This document shows, piece after piece, positions 28,199 to 38,643 of a DNA stretch of 64,000 nucleotides. Origin of the DNA: Myxococcota bacterium (GTDB lineage Bacteria > Myxococcota_A > Polyangia > Polyangiales > Houyiibacteriaceae); assembly GCA_039030515.1 (NCBI GenBank), contig JBCCEA010000010.1:1-64000 (forward strand), read 5' to 3'. The notes under the pieces are model-generated. The model ran no database searches. It saw only the letters and a list, made by a program, of their open reading frames with translations, and was not told where the DNA came from. Numbering within the stretch: position 1 is the stretch's first letter; the number at the start of each line of letters is the position of its first letter. The position numbers and the translations under genes were made by a program.

Positions 28199-29534
28199 TG
28201 TAAAACGTTCCGCTCGAGTAGCGGAACGTGTCCGAGTTGAATTGAGTGAACTCCTCTTGCGCGGCGCTGTCCGCTCACCATCTGCAAAAGATGTCATCGT
28301 GTCGAGCGTGCGGGTTACGGACGATCTGGGAATCGCTCGGGTCTACGTTCGGTTGCTCGATACGGATTCAAATCAAAAGCAGCGAACGGCGGCTTTGACC
28401 GCGATGGAGCGGGCCCGCAGTTTCCTTCGTAGAGAGCTGGGAACCCGACTGCGTTTGCGACGCGTTCCTGAGCTTCAATTTCATTGGGATGACGTCATCG
28501 ATGAGGCCGCTCGAGTAGACGCCCTGCTCGCGGATGTTCGTGGCGATGTGGCGTCTCAAGATCTTGGCCTAAATCACGCCCTACATCTCGTGCGTGAGGG
28601 AAATCGTTTTCTGGTGACCTGTCATCGGCGTCCAGATGCCGATGCGCTCGGTTCCGCTCTGGGTCTTTCCGAGGTTCTCAGATATTTGGGAAAAACCGTG
28701 ACGGTTTGGATGCCGGAGCGCCTGCCCAAACCGGTTCGTTTTCTCGCTCAAGAGGGGGCGATCGTCGAGTCGTTGCCCCCGGGCGTTCGATTTGATGGAA
28801 CCTTTGTCACGGATACCGCCTCGCCTGCTCTGCTCCCGGAGGGTTATCCCGACCCTGCGGTGGCGGGGCCGACGGTCGTCATCGATCATCACGCTTTTTT
28901 CGACGATTTCGGAGACTTTGTCATCCGCGATGCGCAAGCGTGTGCGACAGCTGAGGTGGTCATCGCTTTTGCTCAAGCTCTGGGTGTCGCGCCTCTTCCG
29001 TCGGCAGCCAATGAGCCGCTCTACGCAGCCATCGTCGCAGATACCGGCGGATTTCGATATGCATCGACCACCGCAAACGTGATGCGTCTTTGCGCAGATA
29101 TGGTCGATTCGGGCGTCGAGCCCTGGAAGGTTGCCAGTCAACTCTTCGAATGCTGGTCGATGTCCAAGATGCGCCTCGTCGCGATGATGCTGAACACGCT
29201 TGAGACCCACCTCAACGGAACGTTGGCTACGCTTTGTGTCGACCGAGTGATGCTTGAAACCACGCATGCGGAAGACTTCGAAGTCGATGGTTTGGTGAAC
29301 TACGCGAGGTTTCTCGAAGGGGTCGAAGTTGCGGCGCTGGCGTGGGAAGCTGCAGACGGTCGAGTCAGGATCAGCCTACGTTCTGCCGGTGAGGTGGATG
29401 TTGCCGCGATCGCCTCGAAGCTCGGAGGTGGGGGGCATCGAACTGCTGCAGGTCTTACAACAGACGAGGATCTCCCGTCTTCTCTCGATTGGGTACGACG
29501 GGAGGTCGCGACAGTCCTCAGAGCGCAGACGTGA
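28185..29534 (+). CDS. rbfA: Fusion of ribosome-binding factor A and DHH/DHHA1 phosphoesterase (NrnA-like)
   Basis: RSARVAERVRVELS, VRVTDDLGIARVY and LRLRRVPELQFHWD, continuing in frame into HRRPDADALGS, IDHH, DTGGFRY, ISLRS and GGGGH. Confidence 0.9.
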   Translation: MGASDVKRSARVAERVRVELSELLLRGAVRSPSAKDVIVSSVRVTDDLGIARVYVRLLDTDSNQKQRTAALTAMERARSFLRRELGTRLRLRRVPELQFHWDDVIDEAARVDALLADVRGDVASQDLGLNHALHLVREGNRFLVTCHRRPDADALGSALGLSEVLRYLGKTVTVWMPERLPKPVRFLAQEGAIVESLPPGVRFDGTFVTDTASPALLPEGYPDPAVAGPTVVIDHHAFFDDFGDFVIRDAQACATAEVVIAFAQALGVAPLPSAANEPLYAAIVADTGGFRYASTTANVMRLCADMVDSGVEPWKVASQLFECWSMSKMRLVAMMLNTLETHLNGTLATLCVDRVMLETTHAEDFEVDGLVNYARFLEGVEVAALAWEAADGRVRISLRSAGEVDVAAIASKLGGGGHRTAAGLTTDEDLPSSLDWVRREVATVLRAQT

Positions 29535-29702
29535 AGTCGATCGAGCTGTGAAATGCTCCAAATATCTGTGCCCAATCTTCGTACGCTCTATGTGTGCACG
29601 CGGCGTTCGGTCCGAGGCACCGGTAAGTCCGGTCGATCTCGATAAGGTGCCTATGCTCGGTTTTTGCGCGGCTGGCGTAGCTTCGACGCGGGGAGGTGCG
29701 TG

Positions 29703-30644
29703 ATGCAGAAAAGCCACCGCTGCGGAGTGATGGTGGTCGACAAGCCGGATGGGCCGACCTCGCATGATGTGGTTCGCTGGTGTCGCAAAGCACTGAATAC
29801 GAGCTCTGTAGGGCATGCGGGCACGTTGGATCCGATGGCGACCGGGGTATTGGTGGTGGCCGTCGGTCAAGCTACCAAATTGGTTCCCTACCTTACCGCA
29901 GAGGATAAGGTGTACGAGGCAGAGCTTACGCTGGGCACCGAGACGGATTCCTTAGACGCTACCGGAACTGTGGTTCGACATGCGGAATATAACCCGGACA
30001 TTTCGGTGGATGATGTAAAGGCTGCCGGCGGGGAGTTTCTGGGCGAAACGGATCAACGTGCTCCCAAGGTGAGTGCCCTGAAGAAAGATGGAGTGCGTCT
30101 ACACAAACTGGCGAGGATGGGTGAGGACTTTGAGGCCCCTGTTCGTCGAGTTCAGCTTCATGCATTGGAAGTGCTCGATGCATCACCCGGGGTCCTGAGG
30201 TGTGTCCTTCACTGCGGAAAGGGTTTCTATGTTCGGGCGTTCGCTCGAGATCTCGCTTACCGATTGGGTACTGTAGGTCATCTTAGGTCGCTTCGGCGCC
30301 TTCGAAGCGGCAGTTTCGGATTGAGTGCAGCGGTGGCTGGAGAAACGCTTTCTAAAGCCAGATCCGATCCGGAACTTGCACTCAGACTCTGCGATCGTCT
30401 GATCCCGATTGAGGATGCATGCTCTTCGTTTCCGGTATTGTGTCTCAATGAGGCAGGAGCCACCGATGCTCAACATGGTCGCATCATTTCTAAGGAGCGT
30501 TGCGTACATGGCTGGCCTCCTGAGCGAGATCATCCGCTCTTCCTCAAGGACCTGCGAGGTCGCCTGCTCGCGATTGGGGAGCGTGCGCAAGACAGCGTCC
30601 GGGTTCGCCGCGGTTTTGTCGTTGACCCACATGCAGACGCCTGA
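29703..30644 (+). CDS. truB: tRNA pseudouridine(55) synthase TruB
   Basis: VDKPDGPTSHDVV, GHAGTLDPMATGVL, CGKGFYVR, GHLRSLRR. Confidence 0.97.
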   Translation: MQKSHRCGVMVVDKPDGPTSHDVVRWCRKALNTSSVGHAGTLDPMATGVLVVAVGQATKLVPYLTAEDKVYEAELTLGTETDSLDATGTVVRHAEYNPDISVDDVKAAGGEFLGETDQRAPKVSALKKDGVRLHKLARMGEDFEAPVRRVQLHALEVLDASPGVLRCVLHCGKGFYVRAFARDLAYRLGTVGHLRSLRRLRSGSFGLSAAVAGETLSKARSDPELALRLCDRLIPIEDACSSFPVLCLNEAGATDAQHGRIISKERCVHGWPPERDHPLFLKDLRGRLLAIGERAQDSVRVRRGFVVDPHADA

Positions 30645-30702
30645 TTAATGAAGGCAGTCGTCGTTTCGGCCGATGTTTGTTCGGACCTCGAGGAGTAGGA
30701 TT

Positions 30703-31989
30703 GTGCCGGTTCAGAAGACGAAATACCTAGTGATCGGTGCAGGAATCAGCGGACTGTCGTTCGCTGAGCGGCTGAAGGACACCGACTATTTGATTTGTGA
30801 GGCGGATGCTGAGCCGGGCGGATACTGCAAGACGATCACGCAAGGGGGATTCGTCTGGGATTATTCCGGACACTTTTTCCACTTTAGAGACCCGGAAATC
30901 GAAAAGTATCTAGTCTCACGGATGGGGCCGGGAGAGGTCCTAAAGATAAAAAAGGAAAGTCGTATCTATTACGCGAATGGATTTATCGATTTTCCATTTC
31001 AAAAGAACATTCATCAGCTGCCAAAAAATGAGTTTATTGACTGTCTGGTCGATCTCTACTTCAAGGAGTCGAGATCTGACACCGACTCCAGTTTTGAATC
31101 GATGCTCTACGAGAAGTTTGGGCAAAGCATCGCAGAGAAGTTCTTGGTTCCATACAATGAGAAGCTCTACGCGACGAAACTCTCGAATCTAGATCCCGGT
31201 GCGATGGGACGGTTTTTCCCCTACGCCGATCTCGACTCGATCATCGCGAACTTTCGACAGTCAGACAACCAGAGCTACAACACCACGTTTACCTATCCTC
31301 GGGGTGGAGCGATTCAATACGTCAACGCTCTTCTTTCGGGCGTTGTGCCGGAGCGAGTTTTGCTGAGCGAACCCGTCGAGACCATCGATACACACGCCAG
31401 GAGGGCACGCACGTCGAAGCGAGAGATCGAGTACGAGTATCTCATCAGCTCAGCCCCTTTGGACTCGCTTTTGAAGATGTGTGGCTTCAGATTCGACGAC
31501 TCAATATTCACCTGCAACAAGGTGTTGGTATTCAATTTAGGGTTCAGTGAAAAGGGTCCTAAAGGAGTGCATTGGATCTATTTTCCTCAGCGTGAGTTGT
31601 CATTTTATCGGGTGGGCTTTTATGACAATATCTTCGATAGCGATCGGATGAGCCTCTATGTGGAAGTAGGCTATCCCCGTAACGAGTTGCTCGATGACTC
31701 GAAGATCTCTCAAGTACGTCAACGAGTTTTGAGCGATCTTCGGTCGACAGGTATCCAAAAGGGACAAGAGCTCCTCGAGCATGCGCACGTGGTTCTCGAC
31801 CCGGCGTACGTGCACATCACGGAGCGGTCCAATCGTGAGGTTGCAGAGTACAAGCACCTGCTTGCGGCGCTGGGGGTGTATTCCACGGGTCGCTACGGCT
31901 CGTGGACGTACTGCTCGATCGAGGACAACATCAAAGAAGCGCGACTCCTCGCCGATAGATTCAACCGACTCTCTGCCGAAATCCCCTGA
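30703..31989 (+). CDS. FAD-dependent oxidoreductase (protoporphyrinogen oxidase / UDP-galactopyranose mutase-like)
   Basis: IGAGISGL Rossmann motif, PGGYC, DYSGHFFH, FTYPRGG, TGRYGSWTY; AGGAG RBS before GTG 30703. Confidence 0.82.
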   Translation: MPVQKTKYLVIGAGISGLSFAERLKDTDYLICEADAEPGGYCKTITQGGFVWDYSGHFFHFRDPEIEKYLVSRMGPGEVLKIKKESRIYYANGFIDFPFQKNIHQLPKNEFIDCLVDLYFKESRSDTDSSFESMLYEKFGQSIAEKFLVPYNEKLYATKLSNLDPGAMGRFFPYADLDSIIANFRQSDNQSYNTTFTYPRGGAIQYVNALLSGVVPERVLLSEPVETIDTHARRARTSKREIEYEYLISSAPLDSLLKMCGFRFDDSIFTCNKVLVFNLGFSEKGPKGVHWIYFPQRELSFYRVGFYDNIFDSDRMSLYVEVGYPRNELLDDSKISQVRQRVLSDLRSTGIQKGQELLEHAHVVLDPAYVHITERSNREVAEYKHLLAALGVYSTGRYGSWTYCSIEDNIKEARLLADRFNRLSAEIP

Positions 31990-32111
31990 CGACGCGCGCT
32001 TCCTCCAGTTGCGTGAGGCACGAAAAGCGGTTTGCACCAAGATCGCATATTCGATCGAACAGCGTAGAAACGCACTTATGCTTATCGAAGGAATGGCGAC
32101 TTAGAAAACGG

Positions 32112-32183
32112 AGGCGCCGACCGGATTCGAACCGGTGAATGGAGGTTTTGCAAACCTCTGCCTTACCACTTGGCCACGGCGCC
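32112..32183 (-). tRNA. tRNA-Cys(GCA)
   Basis: Reverse complement GGCGCCGTGGCCAAGTGGTAAGGCAGAGGTTTGCAAAACCTCCATTCACCGGTTCGAATCCGGTCGGCGCCT; cloverleaf, U73 discriminator, followed by CCG rather than CCA. Confidence 0.97.
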
Positions 32184-32329
32184 GTTTTGTGACTCGAGAG
32201 GCCTCGCCCGACGAGATTGGCGTTGTGTCTAGCTGAGAGGGAAGACCTTGTCCACAGCGGTGGAGGCTATTCGATGCGCCGGCAATCCTCTTCGATGACT
32301 GTTGCGTTTCGCCGTGGTACATCCTCGCC

Positions 32330-34996
32330 ATGATGAAGGACAGCTTCTCAAGCCGTAAAACAGTCGAGTTCGGTGGTCGTCCCTACGACATCTTTCGTCT
32401 GGATGCATTGACCAAAGCAGGAGTTGGCGACGTCTCTTCGCTGCCGTACTCCATCCGAATTTTATTGGAAAATCTGCTGCGTCACGAGGATGGAACATCG
32501 GTTACCGCGAGCGATATCGAGGCGGTTGCCTCCTGGGACCCCCATGCCCCTCCCGCGACCGAGATCGCGTTTCGACCGTCGCGGGTCTTGCTCCAGGACT
32601 TTACCGGTGTGCCCGCGGTGGTGGATTTGGCGGCCATGCGCGCCTCTTTTGCGCGTCTTGGTGGAGATCCATCTCGTATCAATCCGCTGCAGCCTGTCGA
32701 TCTGGTTATCGATCACTCGGTGCAGGTGGACCACTACGGAAACGCATCAAGTTTTGCGCAGAACGTCTCGAGAGAGTTCGAAAGGAACCGGGAACGGTAC
32801 CAGTTTCTGAAGTGGGGGCAGTCCGCGTTTGAGAACATGAGGGTCGTGCCCCCGGGTACCGGGATCGTGCATCAGGTCAACCTCGAATACCTGGCATCGG
32901 TTGTTTTTCAGCGCACGGATCAGCACAAGACGCTGGCCTATCCAGATTCACTGGTCGGCACCGATTCGCACACCACGATGATCAACGGTCTGGGTGTACT
33001 GGGTTGGGGTGTCGGCGGTATCGAAGCTGAAGCGGCCATGCTGGGCCAGGCGATCACGATGCTCCTGCCTCAGGTCGTCGGTTTCCGTTTGAGTGGGCAG
33101 CTTCCCGAGGGGGCTACGGCCACAGACGTCGTCCTCCGAGTGACCGAGATGTTGCGAAAAAGAGGCGTGGTCGGAACGTTTGTCGAGTTTTTTGGCAAAG
33201 GTCTCGACACGATGTCGCTGCCGGATCGGGCGACCATCGCCAACATGGCGCCGGAGTACGGGGCCACCATGGGATTTTTTCCGGTAGATGCAGAAACACT
33301 GTCCTATCTTCGGTTTAGCGGTCGAGACGAGACTTCTGTCGATCTTGTAGAACGCTACCTGACGGAGCAGGGACTTTTCCGAGACTCGGAAAGCCCAGAG
33401 CCCCGATTCACCGATACGCTCTCCTTGGATTTGGGAGACGTAGAGCCCTCGATCGCCGGTCCCAAGCGTCCTCAGGACCGAATTGCACTCACCGGTTCCA
33501 AGCAGGCATGGGTCCAAATGCTCGAAGGGTTCCCTAGCCCTCGATCGGGTCGCGCTAAAGTGGAGCACAGAGGGCGCACTTTTGACCTGAACGATGGAGA
33601 CGTGGTGATCGCTGCGATTACCAGCTGCACCAATACCAGCAATCCAGCAGTGATGTTGGCTGCAGGTTTGGTGGCACGTAAGGCTTGCGAACACGGGCTC
33701 TCGGTGCCCCCCTGGGTCAAAACTAGCCTCGCCCCAGGTTCCCAGGTTGTTACTGAGTACCTGAAGAAATCTGGTCTTATCGACGATTTAGAGAAGCTTG
33801 GATTCTTCGTCGTCGGATACGGCTGCACCACCTGCATTGGGAATTCAGGCCCCCTCGACCCTGCGATAGCGGATGCGGTTGTGAGGGAGGATCTCGTCGT
33901 TACTTCGGTGCTCAGCGGCAACCGAAACTTCGAAGGTCGCGTAAGCCCTCATACCAGAGGCAACTACCTCGCTTCGCCGCCCCTCGTGGTGGCGTATGCG
34001 ATTGCAGGCACAATGAATATAGACTTTGCTCATGAGCTTATCGCTACCGCTCCAGATGGAAGTGAAGTCTTTCTAAAGGAGCTTTGGCCTTCCAACCAAG
34101 AGATCACGGAGACCATGCGGAGCGTCGTCGAGCGATCGCAATTTCTGGAGCGCTACGCCGAGGTATTCACGGGTCCCGAGCAATGGCAGGTCGTTGAGGT
34201 ACCGGGCGGCCAAACTTTCGAATGGAGCGAGGATTCGACCTACATACGAAATCCTCCGTTTTTTGATCACGTAGAAAAGGGAGCGCCTCCTTCACCCAGC
34301 AATATCGAAGGCGCCCGAGTACTGGCGCTCCTCGGAGATACCGTGACGACGGATCACATCTCTCCTGCCGGAGCCATCGCCAAAGACAGTCCGGCCGCTC
34401 GGTATTTGCTCGAGCATGGCGTTCAGCCCGAGGACTTTAACAGTTACGGAAGTCGTCGAGGCAATCACGAAGTGATGATGCGCGGCACGTTCGCCAATAT
34501 TCGACTCCGCAATCACCTGGTCCCGGGAACGGAAGGTGGATTTACCCGGGTCCTGCCAGGAGCCGAACAGGTGAGCATCTTCGATGCGGCGACCCGCTAC
34601 GCCGAGCTTGAGACTCCGCTTATCGTGATCGGGGGCAAAGAATACGGCACCGGCTCTTCGAGAGACTGGGCGGCTAAAGGCACCTATCTTCTCGGGGTGC
34701 GTGCGGTTTTGGTCGAAAGTTTTGAAAGGATTCATCGAAGTAATTTGGTCGGCATGGGGGTTTTGCCTCTGCAGTTTCTGGAGGGGCAAAACCGAGAAAC
34801 GTTGCGGCTTACCGGGGAGGAGCAATTCTCCATTCGCGGCATCGAAGGCGGTTTGACGCCAAAGAAGCGGCTCAAAGTATGTGCAGACCAGATCGAGTTT
34901 GAGGTGATGACCCGGCTCGATACCCCGCAGGAGGTGGAATATTACCTTCACGGGGGTATCCTGCAGTACGTGCTACGTTCGCTCGCGTCTTCCTAG
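32330..34996 (+). CDS. acnA: Aconitate hydratase A
   Basis: QDFTGVPAVVDLA, DHSVQVD, GTDSHT, ITSCTNTSNP, GYGCTTCIGNSG, TTDHISPAG, GSSRDWAAKG. Confidence 0.99.
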   Translation: MMKDSFSSRKTVEFGGRPYDIFRLDALTKAGVGDVSSLPYSIRILLENLLRHEDGTSVTASDIEAVASWDPHAPPATEIAFRPSRVLLQDFTGVPAVVDLAAMRASFARLGGDPSRINPLQPVDLVIDHSVQVDHYGNASSFAQNVSREFERNRERYQFLKWGQSAFENMRVVPPGTGIVHQVNLEYLASVVFQRTDQHKTLAYPDSLVGTDSHTTMINGLGVLGWGVGGIEAEAAMLGQAITMLLPQVVGFRLSGQLPEGATATDVVLRVTEMLRKRGVVGTFVEFFGKGLDTMSLPDRATIANMAPEYGATMGFFPVDAETLSYLRFSGRDETSVDLVERYLTEQGLFRDSESPEPRFTDTLSLDLGDVEPSIAGPKRPQDRIALTGSKQAWVQMLEGFPSPRSGRAKVEHRGRTFDLNDGDVVIAAITSCTNTSNPAVMLAAGLVARKACEHGLSVPPWVKTSLAPGSQVVTEYLKKSGLIDDLEKLGFFVVGYGCTTCIGNSGPLDPAIADAVVREDLVVTSVLSGNRNFEGRVSPHTRGNYLASPPLVVAYAIAGTMNIDFAHELIATAPDGSEVFLKELWPSNQEITETMRSVVERSQFLERYAEVFTGPEQWQVVEVPGGQTFEWSEDSTYIRNPPFFDHVEKGAPPSPSNIEGARVLALLGDTVTTDHISPAGAIAKDSPAARYLLEHGVQPEDFNSYGSRRGNHEVMMRGTFANIRLRNHLVPGTEGGFTRVLPGAEQVSIFDAATRYAELETPLIVIGGKEYGTGSSRDWAAKGTYLLGVRAVLVESFERIHRSNLVGMGVLPLQFLEGQNRETLRLTGEEQFSIRGIEGGLTPKKRLKVCADQIEFEVMTRLDTPQEVEYYLHGGILQYVLRSLASS

Positions 34997-35145
34997 CGCT
35001 GCAGCGTGGTGGAACGGAAATATCGCTGTCCCGCAGACATCCAGCGGAGCGAAGTTTTAAGCCGACGGATTCGACGCCCCGTACTTTGGGTTCCTGTCTA
35101 GCTTGAGCTTGTACTCTCTGAGAAATGACTTAAGGAACAAGAAGT

Positions 35146-36060
35146 ATGGACACATCTGAGCGTATTCGAGGCCTGATAGAGCAAAACGAAGTTCTCTTGT
35201 TTATGAAGGGAAACCGAAACGCGCCCCGCTGCGGTTTCTCTGCACGCGTGATCGACATTCTCGATCAGCTCGTCGCCGACTATACCACCTTCGATGTCTT
35301 GTCCGATCCTTCAGTACGGCAGGGCATCAAAGACTTCAGTCAATGGCCGACGATCCCCCAGCTTTACGTCAAGGGAGAGTTTGTCGGTGGCTGCGACATC
35401 GTTAGCGAGATGATGGAACAAGGAGAGCTGGCTAAGGTGCTCGGGGTTGGCGAACAGCAAGCTTCGGCACCGGAGCTGCAGGTGACCGACACCGCACTGG
35501 GCGCGTTTGAGAGCTTCTTTGAGGGCACCGGGCGACCGACGGTTCGCATCGAGGTCGATCGTATGTTCCAGTGCGGTATGGATTTCGATACGCCGCGTCC
35601 CTCGGATTTCCAAATTGACCTGGGTCGCGTGCTCATCGTCGTCGATCCGGCCAGTGCGAGGAGACTGACGGGCAGCACGGTGGACTACGCAGAAGGTGCC
35701 AAAGGTTCTGGATTTAAGGTCGACAATCCGAATGAGCCGCCCAAGGTTCGCGAGCTTTCAGTGCATGATTTTGCTGGGTGGCGCGAGTCAGGCAAGGCGA
35801 TGGAGGTGTTCGACGTGCGCAGTGCGGACGAGCGTGCCCTTGCTTCTATCTCGGGCGCACGACTTCTGGACGAAGAAGGAAAGGCCTATCTCGAGAGCCT
35901 GCCAAAAGATACCGTGCTGGTCTTCCACTGCCATCATGGCGGGCGAAGTCTGGCTGCGGCACATCAGTACATCCAGACAGGATTTAGTCATATCTACAAC
36001 CTTCGCGGGGGAATAGACGCCTGGAGTCTTGAGATCGACGATTCCGTTCCTCGCTACTGA
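35146..36060 (+). CDS. Monothiol glutaredoxin (Grx4) fused to an A-type-carrier-like domain and a rhodanese domain
   Basis: LFMKG...PRCGFS...WPTIPQLYVKGEFVGGCDI; middle VVDPAS...TVDY..GSGFKVDNPN; C-terminal DVR, CHHGGRS, NLRGGIDAW. Confidence 0.92.
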   Translation: MDTSERIRGLIEQNEVLLFMKGNRNAPRCGFSARVIDILDQLVADYTTFDVLSDPSVRQGIKDFSQWPTIPQLYVKGEFVGGCDIVSEMMEQGELAKVLGVGEQQASAPELQVTDTALGAFESFFEGTGRPTVRIEVDRMFQCGMDFDTPRPSDFQIDLGRVLIVVDPASARRLTGSTVDYAEGAKGSGFKVDNPNEPPKVRELSVHDFAGWRESGKAMEVFDVRSADERALASISGARLLDEEGKAYLESLPKDTVLVFHCHHGGRSLAAAHQYIQTGFSHIYNLRGGIDAWSLEIDDSVPRY

Positions 36061-36260
36061 CGATGGTTCGCCTCAGTTTGGCCGGTAGAAGCACGGGAAT
36101 CTATCAGGAGCCACGGCCGCTTCGCGAGAGGACTCGTTGCCGAGTGCAGCACATCTGCTAACCATGGTTTTCGACCAAGCGGCACTGATCGCGGTCCTTT
36201 TCCATCCAACCGCGTAACTTCCTCTAAAATGCCATTTTCTATCAAATACACGTAGGGTTC

Positions 36261-36332
36261 GGGCGATTAGCTCAGGGGTAGAGCGCCATCTTCACACGGT
36301 GGATGCCGCTGGTTCAAATCCAGCATCGCCCA
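36261..36332 (+). tRNA. tRNA-Val(CAC)
   Basis: GGGCGATTAGCTCAGGGGTAGAGCGCCATCTTCACACGGTGGATGCCGCTGGTTCAAATCCAGCATCGCCCA; anticodon CAC; CCA not encoded. Confidence 0.96.
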
Positions 36333-36337
36333 CAAAC

Positions 36338-36380
36338 AAAGAGCGCCGTGGAATATCGTCCCACGGCGCTCTTTCGTTTT
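36338..36380 (+). terminator. Intrinsic terminator after tRNA-Val
   Basis: aaagagcgccgtgg-(9 nt)-ccacggcgctcttt perfect 14-bp stem, followed by cgtttt. Confidence 0.9.
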
Positions 36381-36483
36381 GACTCCACGGATGTCCTAGT
36401 TAGAAGCCGCTGGTTGCTTGAATCCCATTTGCGTCCACTCTTCTCTTCCTGTGGAATACGGGTTTCGTCCAGGAGGCTAAGTC

Positions 36484-37668
36484 ATGAGCGATCGTGAAGT
36501 TTATTTGGTGGGGTCGGCTCGAACGCCTATCGGTGCCTTTCAGGGCACTCTGGCTTCGGTGGATGCGGTGTCTCTTGGTGCCGCCGCGCTCAAGGGTGCA
36601 CTGTCTCGAGCCGAGGTGGAAGCTGGATGGGTCGATGAGACCTGGATGGGCAACGTGCTCAGTGCCGGTTTAGGTCAGGCGCCCGCCCGTCAGGCCGCGA
36701 AGAGCGCAGGCATCAAAGACCACACCCCGGCGACCACCGTGAGCAAGGTGTGCGGTTCGGGCTTGATGAGTGTGATTCTGGGAACCAAGAGCATCCTACT
36801 CGGAGATGCTGAACTCGTCGTGGCTGGCGGCATGGAATCGATGAGCAACGCACCCTATCTGCTGCCCAAAGCGCGAGCTGGATTCAGAATGGGTCACGCT
36901 CGGGCGGTAGATTCTATGATTCACGATGGATTGTGGGATCCCTACCATGATTTTCACATGGGAAATGCAGGAGATCTCTGCGCGAAAGAACTCGGATTTT
37001 CCCGAGAGGAACAAGATGCGTTTGCGACTGAATCGTATCGTCGAGCGCATCAAATGCAAAAAGATGGCGCTACGAAAGAAGAAATCGTCCCGGTTCAATT
37101 TCAGGGCCGAAAAGGTGAAGTGTATGTCGATGTGGATGAAGAGCCTGGGCTCGCAAAGCCCGAAAAGGTGCCACGTCTGAGACCAGCGTTCTCCAAAGAC
37201 GGCAGCGTGACTGCGGCGAATGCCTCCAAAATAAACGACGGTGCTGCGGCAGTAGTTTTGGCAAGCGGTCGCGCGGTGAAAGAGCGGGGTCTGTCTCCGC
37301 TAGCCCGCGTTGTAGCATATGCCTCACACGCTCAAGCACCGGAGTGGTTCACGACAGCTCCGATCGGTGCCTCCAAGAAAGTACTCGAAAAAGCGGGCAG
37401 AAAGAAGGATGCGGTTGGTTTGTGGGAGATCAACGAAGCGTTTTCAGTGGTCGCACTTGCGTGCACTCGGGAGCTCGAGCTCGACCCTCAGCGGGTTAAC
37501 GTACGCGGCGGAGCCGTTGCTCTCGGACATCCTATCGGGGCTTCAGGCGCTCGGATCTTGGTCACGCTGCTGTCGGCCTTGCAGGCCGCTGAGGAGCGAG
37601 TCGGAGTCGCTACCATCTGCCTTGGCGGAGGTGAGGCGCTCGCGCTCATGGTGGAATATTTGGGGTAG
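36484..37668 (+). CDS. Acetyl-CoA C-acetyltransferase (thiolase)
   Basis: [40 protein letters not shown]. Confidence 0.97.
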   Translation: MSDREVYLVGSARTPIGAFQGTLASVDAVSLGAAALKGALSRAEVEAGWVDETWMGNVLSAGLGQAPARQAAKSAGIKDHTPATTVSKVCGSGLMSVILGTKSILLGDAELVVAGGMESMSNAPYLLPKARAGFRMGHARAVDSMIHDGLWDPYHDFHMGNAGDLCAKELGFSREEQDAFATESYRRAHQMQKDGATKEEIVPVQFQGRKGEVYVDVDEEPGLAKPEKVPRLRPAFSKDGSVTAANASKINDGAAAVVLASGRAVKERGLSPLARVVAYASHAQAPEWFTTAPIGASKKVLEKAGRKKDAVGLWEINEAFSVVALACTRELELDPQRVNVRGGAVALGHPIGASGARILVTLLSALQAAEERVGVATICLGGGEALALMVEYLG

Positions 37669-37773
37669 GGCACGCGCCTCTAATTTATTGGCTTGATGGG
37701 CTGAGGGCGCGTTGACCACTGTCTTCGGCACTGGTACTCCCTCTCCCTTTCAATTCAGTTGCTGGAGTGAGTT

Positions 37774-38643
37774 ATGGATGTCCGCAAGATAGGCGTTGTC
37801 GGCGCGGGTCAAATGGGATGCGGCATTGCACAGGTAGCCGCCGCCTCCGGATGTGAAGTCGTCCTGCTGGATGCGAATCTTGCTCGGGCGGACGAAGGCA
37901 GGCAGCGCATTGGCCGGAGACTGGAGAAGCTGGTCGACAAGGGCAAGATGGAATCTAAGGCGCGCGCTGCGCTCCTCGAGCGACTCGTTCCGACGACGGA
38001 GTACGCATCCCTCGCCGATGCCGATTTCGTCGTGGAGGCGGCCACCGAGAATCTAGCCCTCAAAGAGCGTATTTTTGCGGATGCGGACGCTGCCATGAAG
38101 GCGGATGCGATTCTTGCGAGCAATACATCCTCTATTTCGCTGACCAAACTCGCAGCCGCTACCCAGCGACCGGCGAAGGTCATCGGCATGCATTTTATGA
38201 ATCCTGTTCCAGTGATGAAACTGGTCGAGGTGGTCCGCGCACTTCAGACCGACGACGCGACTTTTCAAACCACGCTAAAGCTTGGAGAGCGCTTCGGTAA
38301 GGTGCTTGTAACCACCAAGGATATGCCCGGATTCATCGTGAATCGTATGCTCATTCCGTTCCTCAATGAAGCCTGCTTTGCCCTGCAAGAAGGGCTTGGG
38401 ACGGCTGAGCATATCGATACTGCGGCCAAGCTTGGCCTCAATCACCCGATGGGGCCCTTCGAACTTGCCGACTTGATCGGCCTCGATACGGTTCTGTATA
38501 TCGCCGAGGTTCTCCATCGAGAGTTCGGGGACGACAAGTACCGACCTCCGGCTATTTTACGCAACTACGTCGCCGCCGGATGGAGCGGCAGAAAAACCGG
38601 GCGCGGTTTCTACACCTATGACGAAAAGGGAAGAAGGCAGTGA
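37774..38643 (+). CDS. hbd: 3-hydroxybutyryl-CoA dehydrogenase
   Basis: GAGQMGCGIAQ, EAATE, SNTSS, GMHFMNP, PGFIVNR, HPMGPFELAD. Confidence 0.95.
   Translation: MDVRKIGVVGAGQMGCGIAQVAAASGCEVVLLDANLARADEGRQRIGRRLEKLVDKGKMESKARAALLERLVPTTEYASLADADFVVEAATENLALKERIFADADAAMKADAILASNTSSISLTKLAAATQRPAKVIGMHFMNPVPVMKLVEVVRALQTDDATFQTTLKLGERFGKVLVTTKDMPGFIVNRMLIPFLNEACFALQEGLGTAEHIDTAAKLGLNHPMGPFELADLIGLDTVLYIAEVLHREFGDDKYRPPAILRNYVAAGWSGRKTGRGFYTYDEKGRRQ

Noticed and set aside
32109..36335. tRNA-Cys and tRNA-Val as integration sites; both lack an encoded CCA
   Set aside because: No duplicated tRNA 3' end, integrase or cargo was seen; missing CCA is common and is supplied by nucleotidyltransferases.
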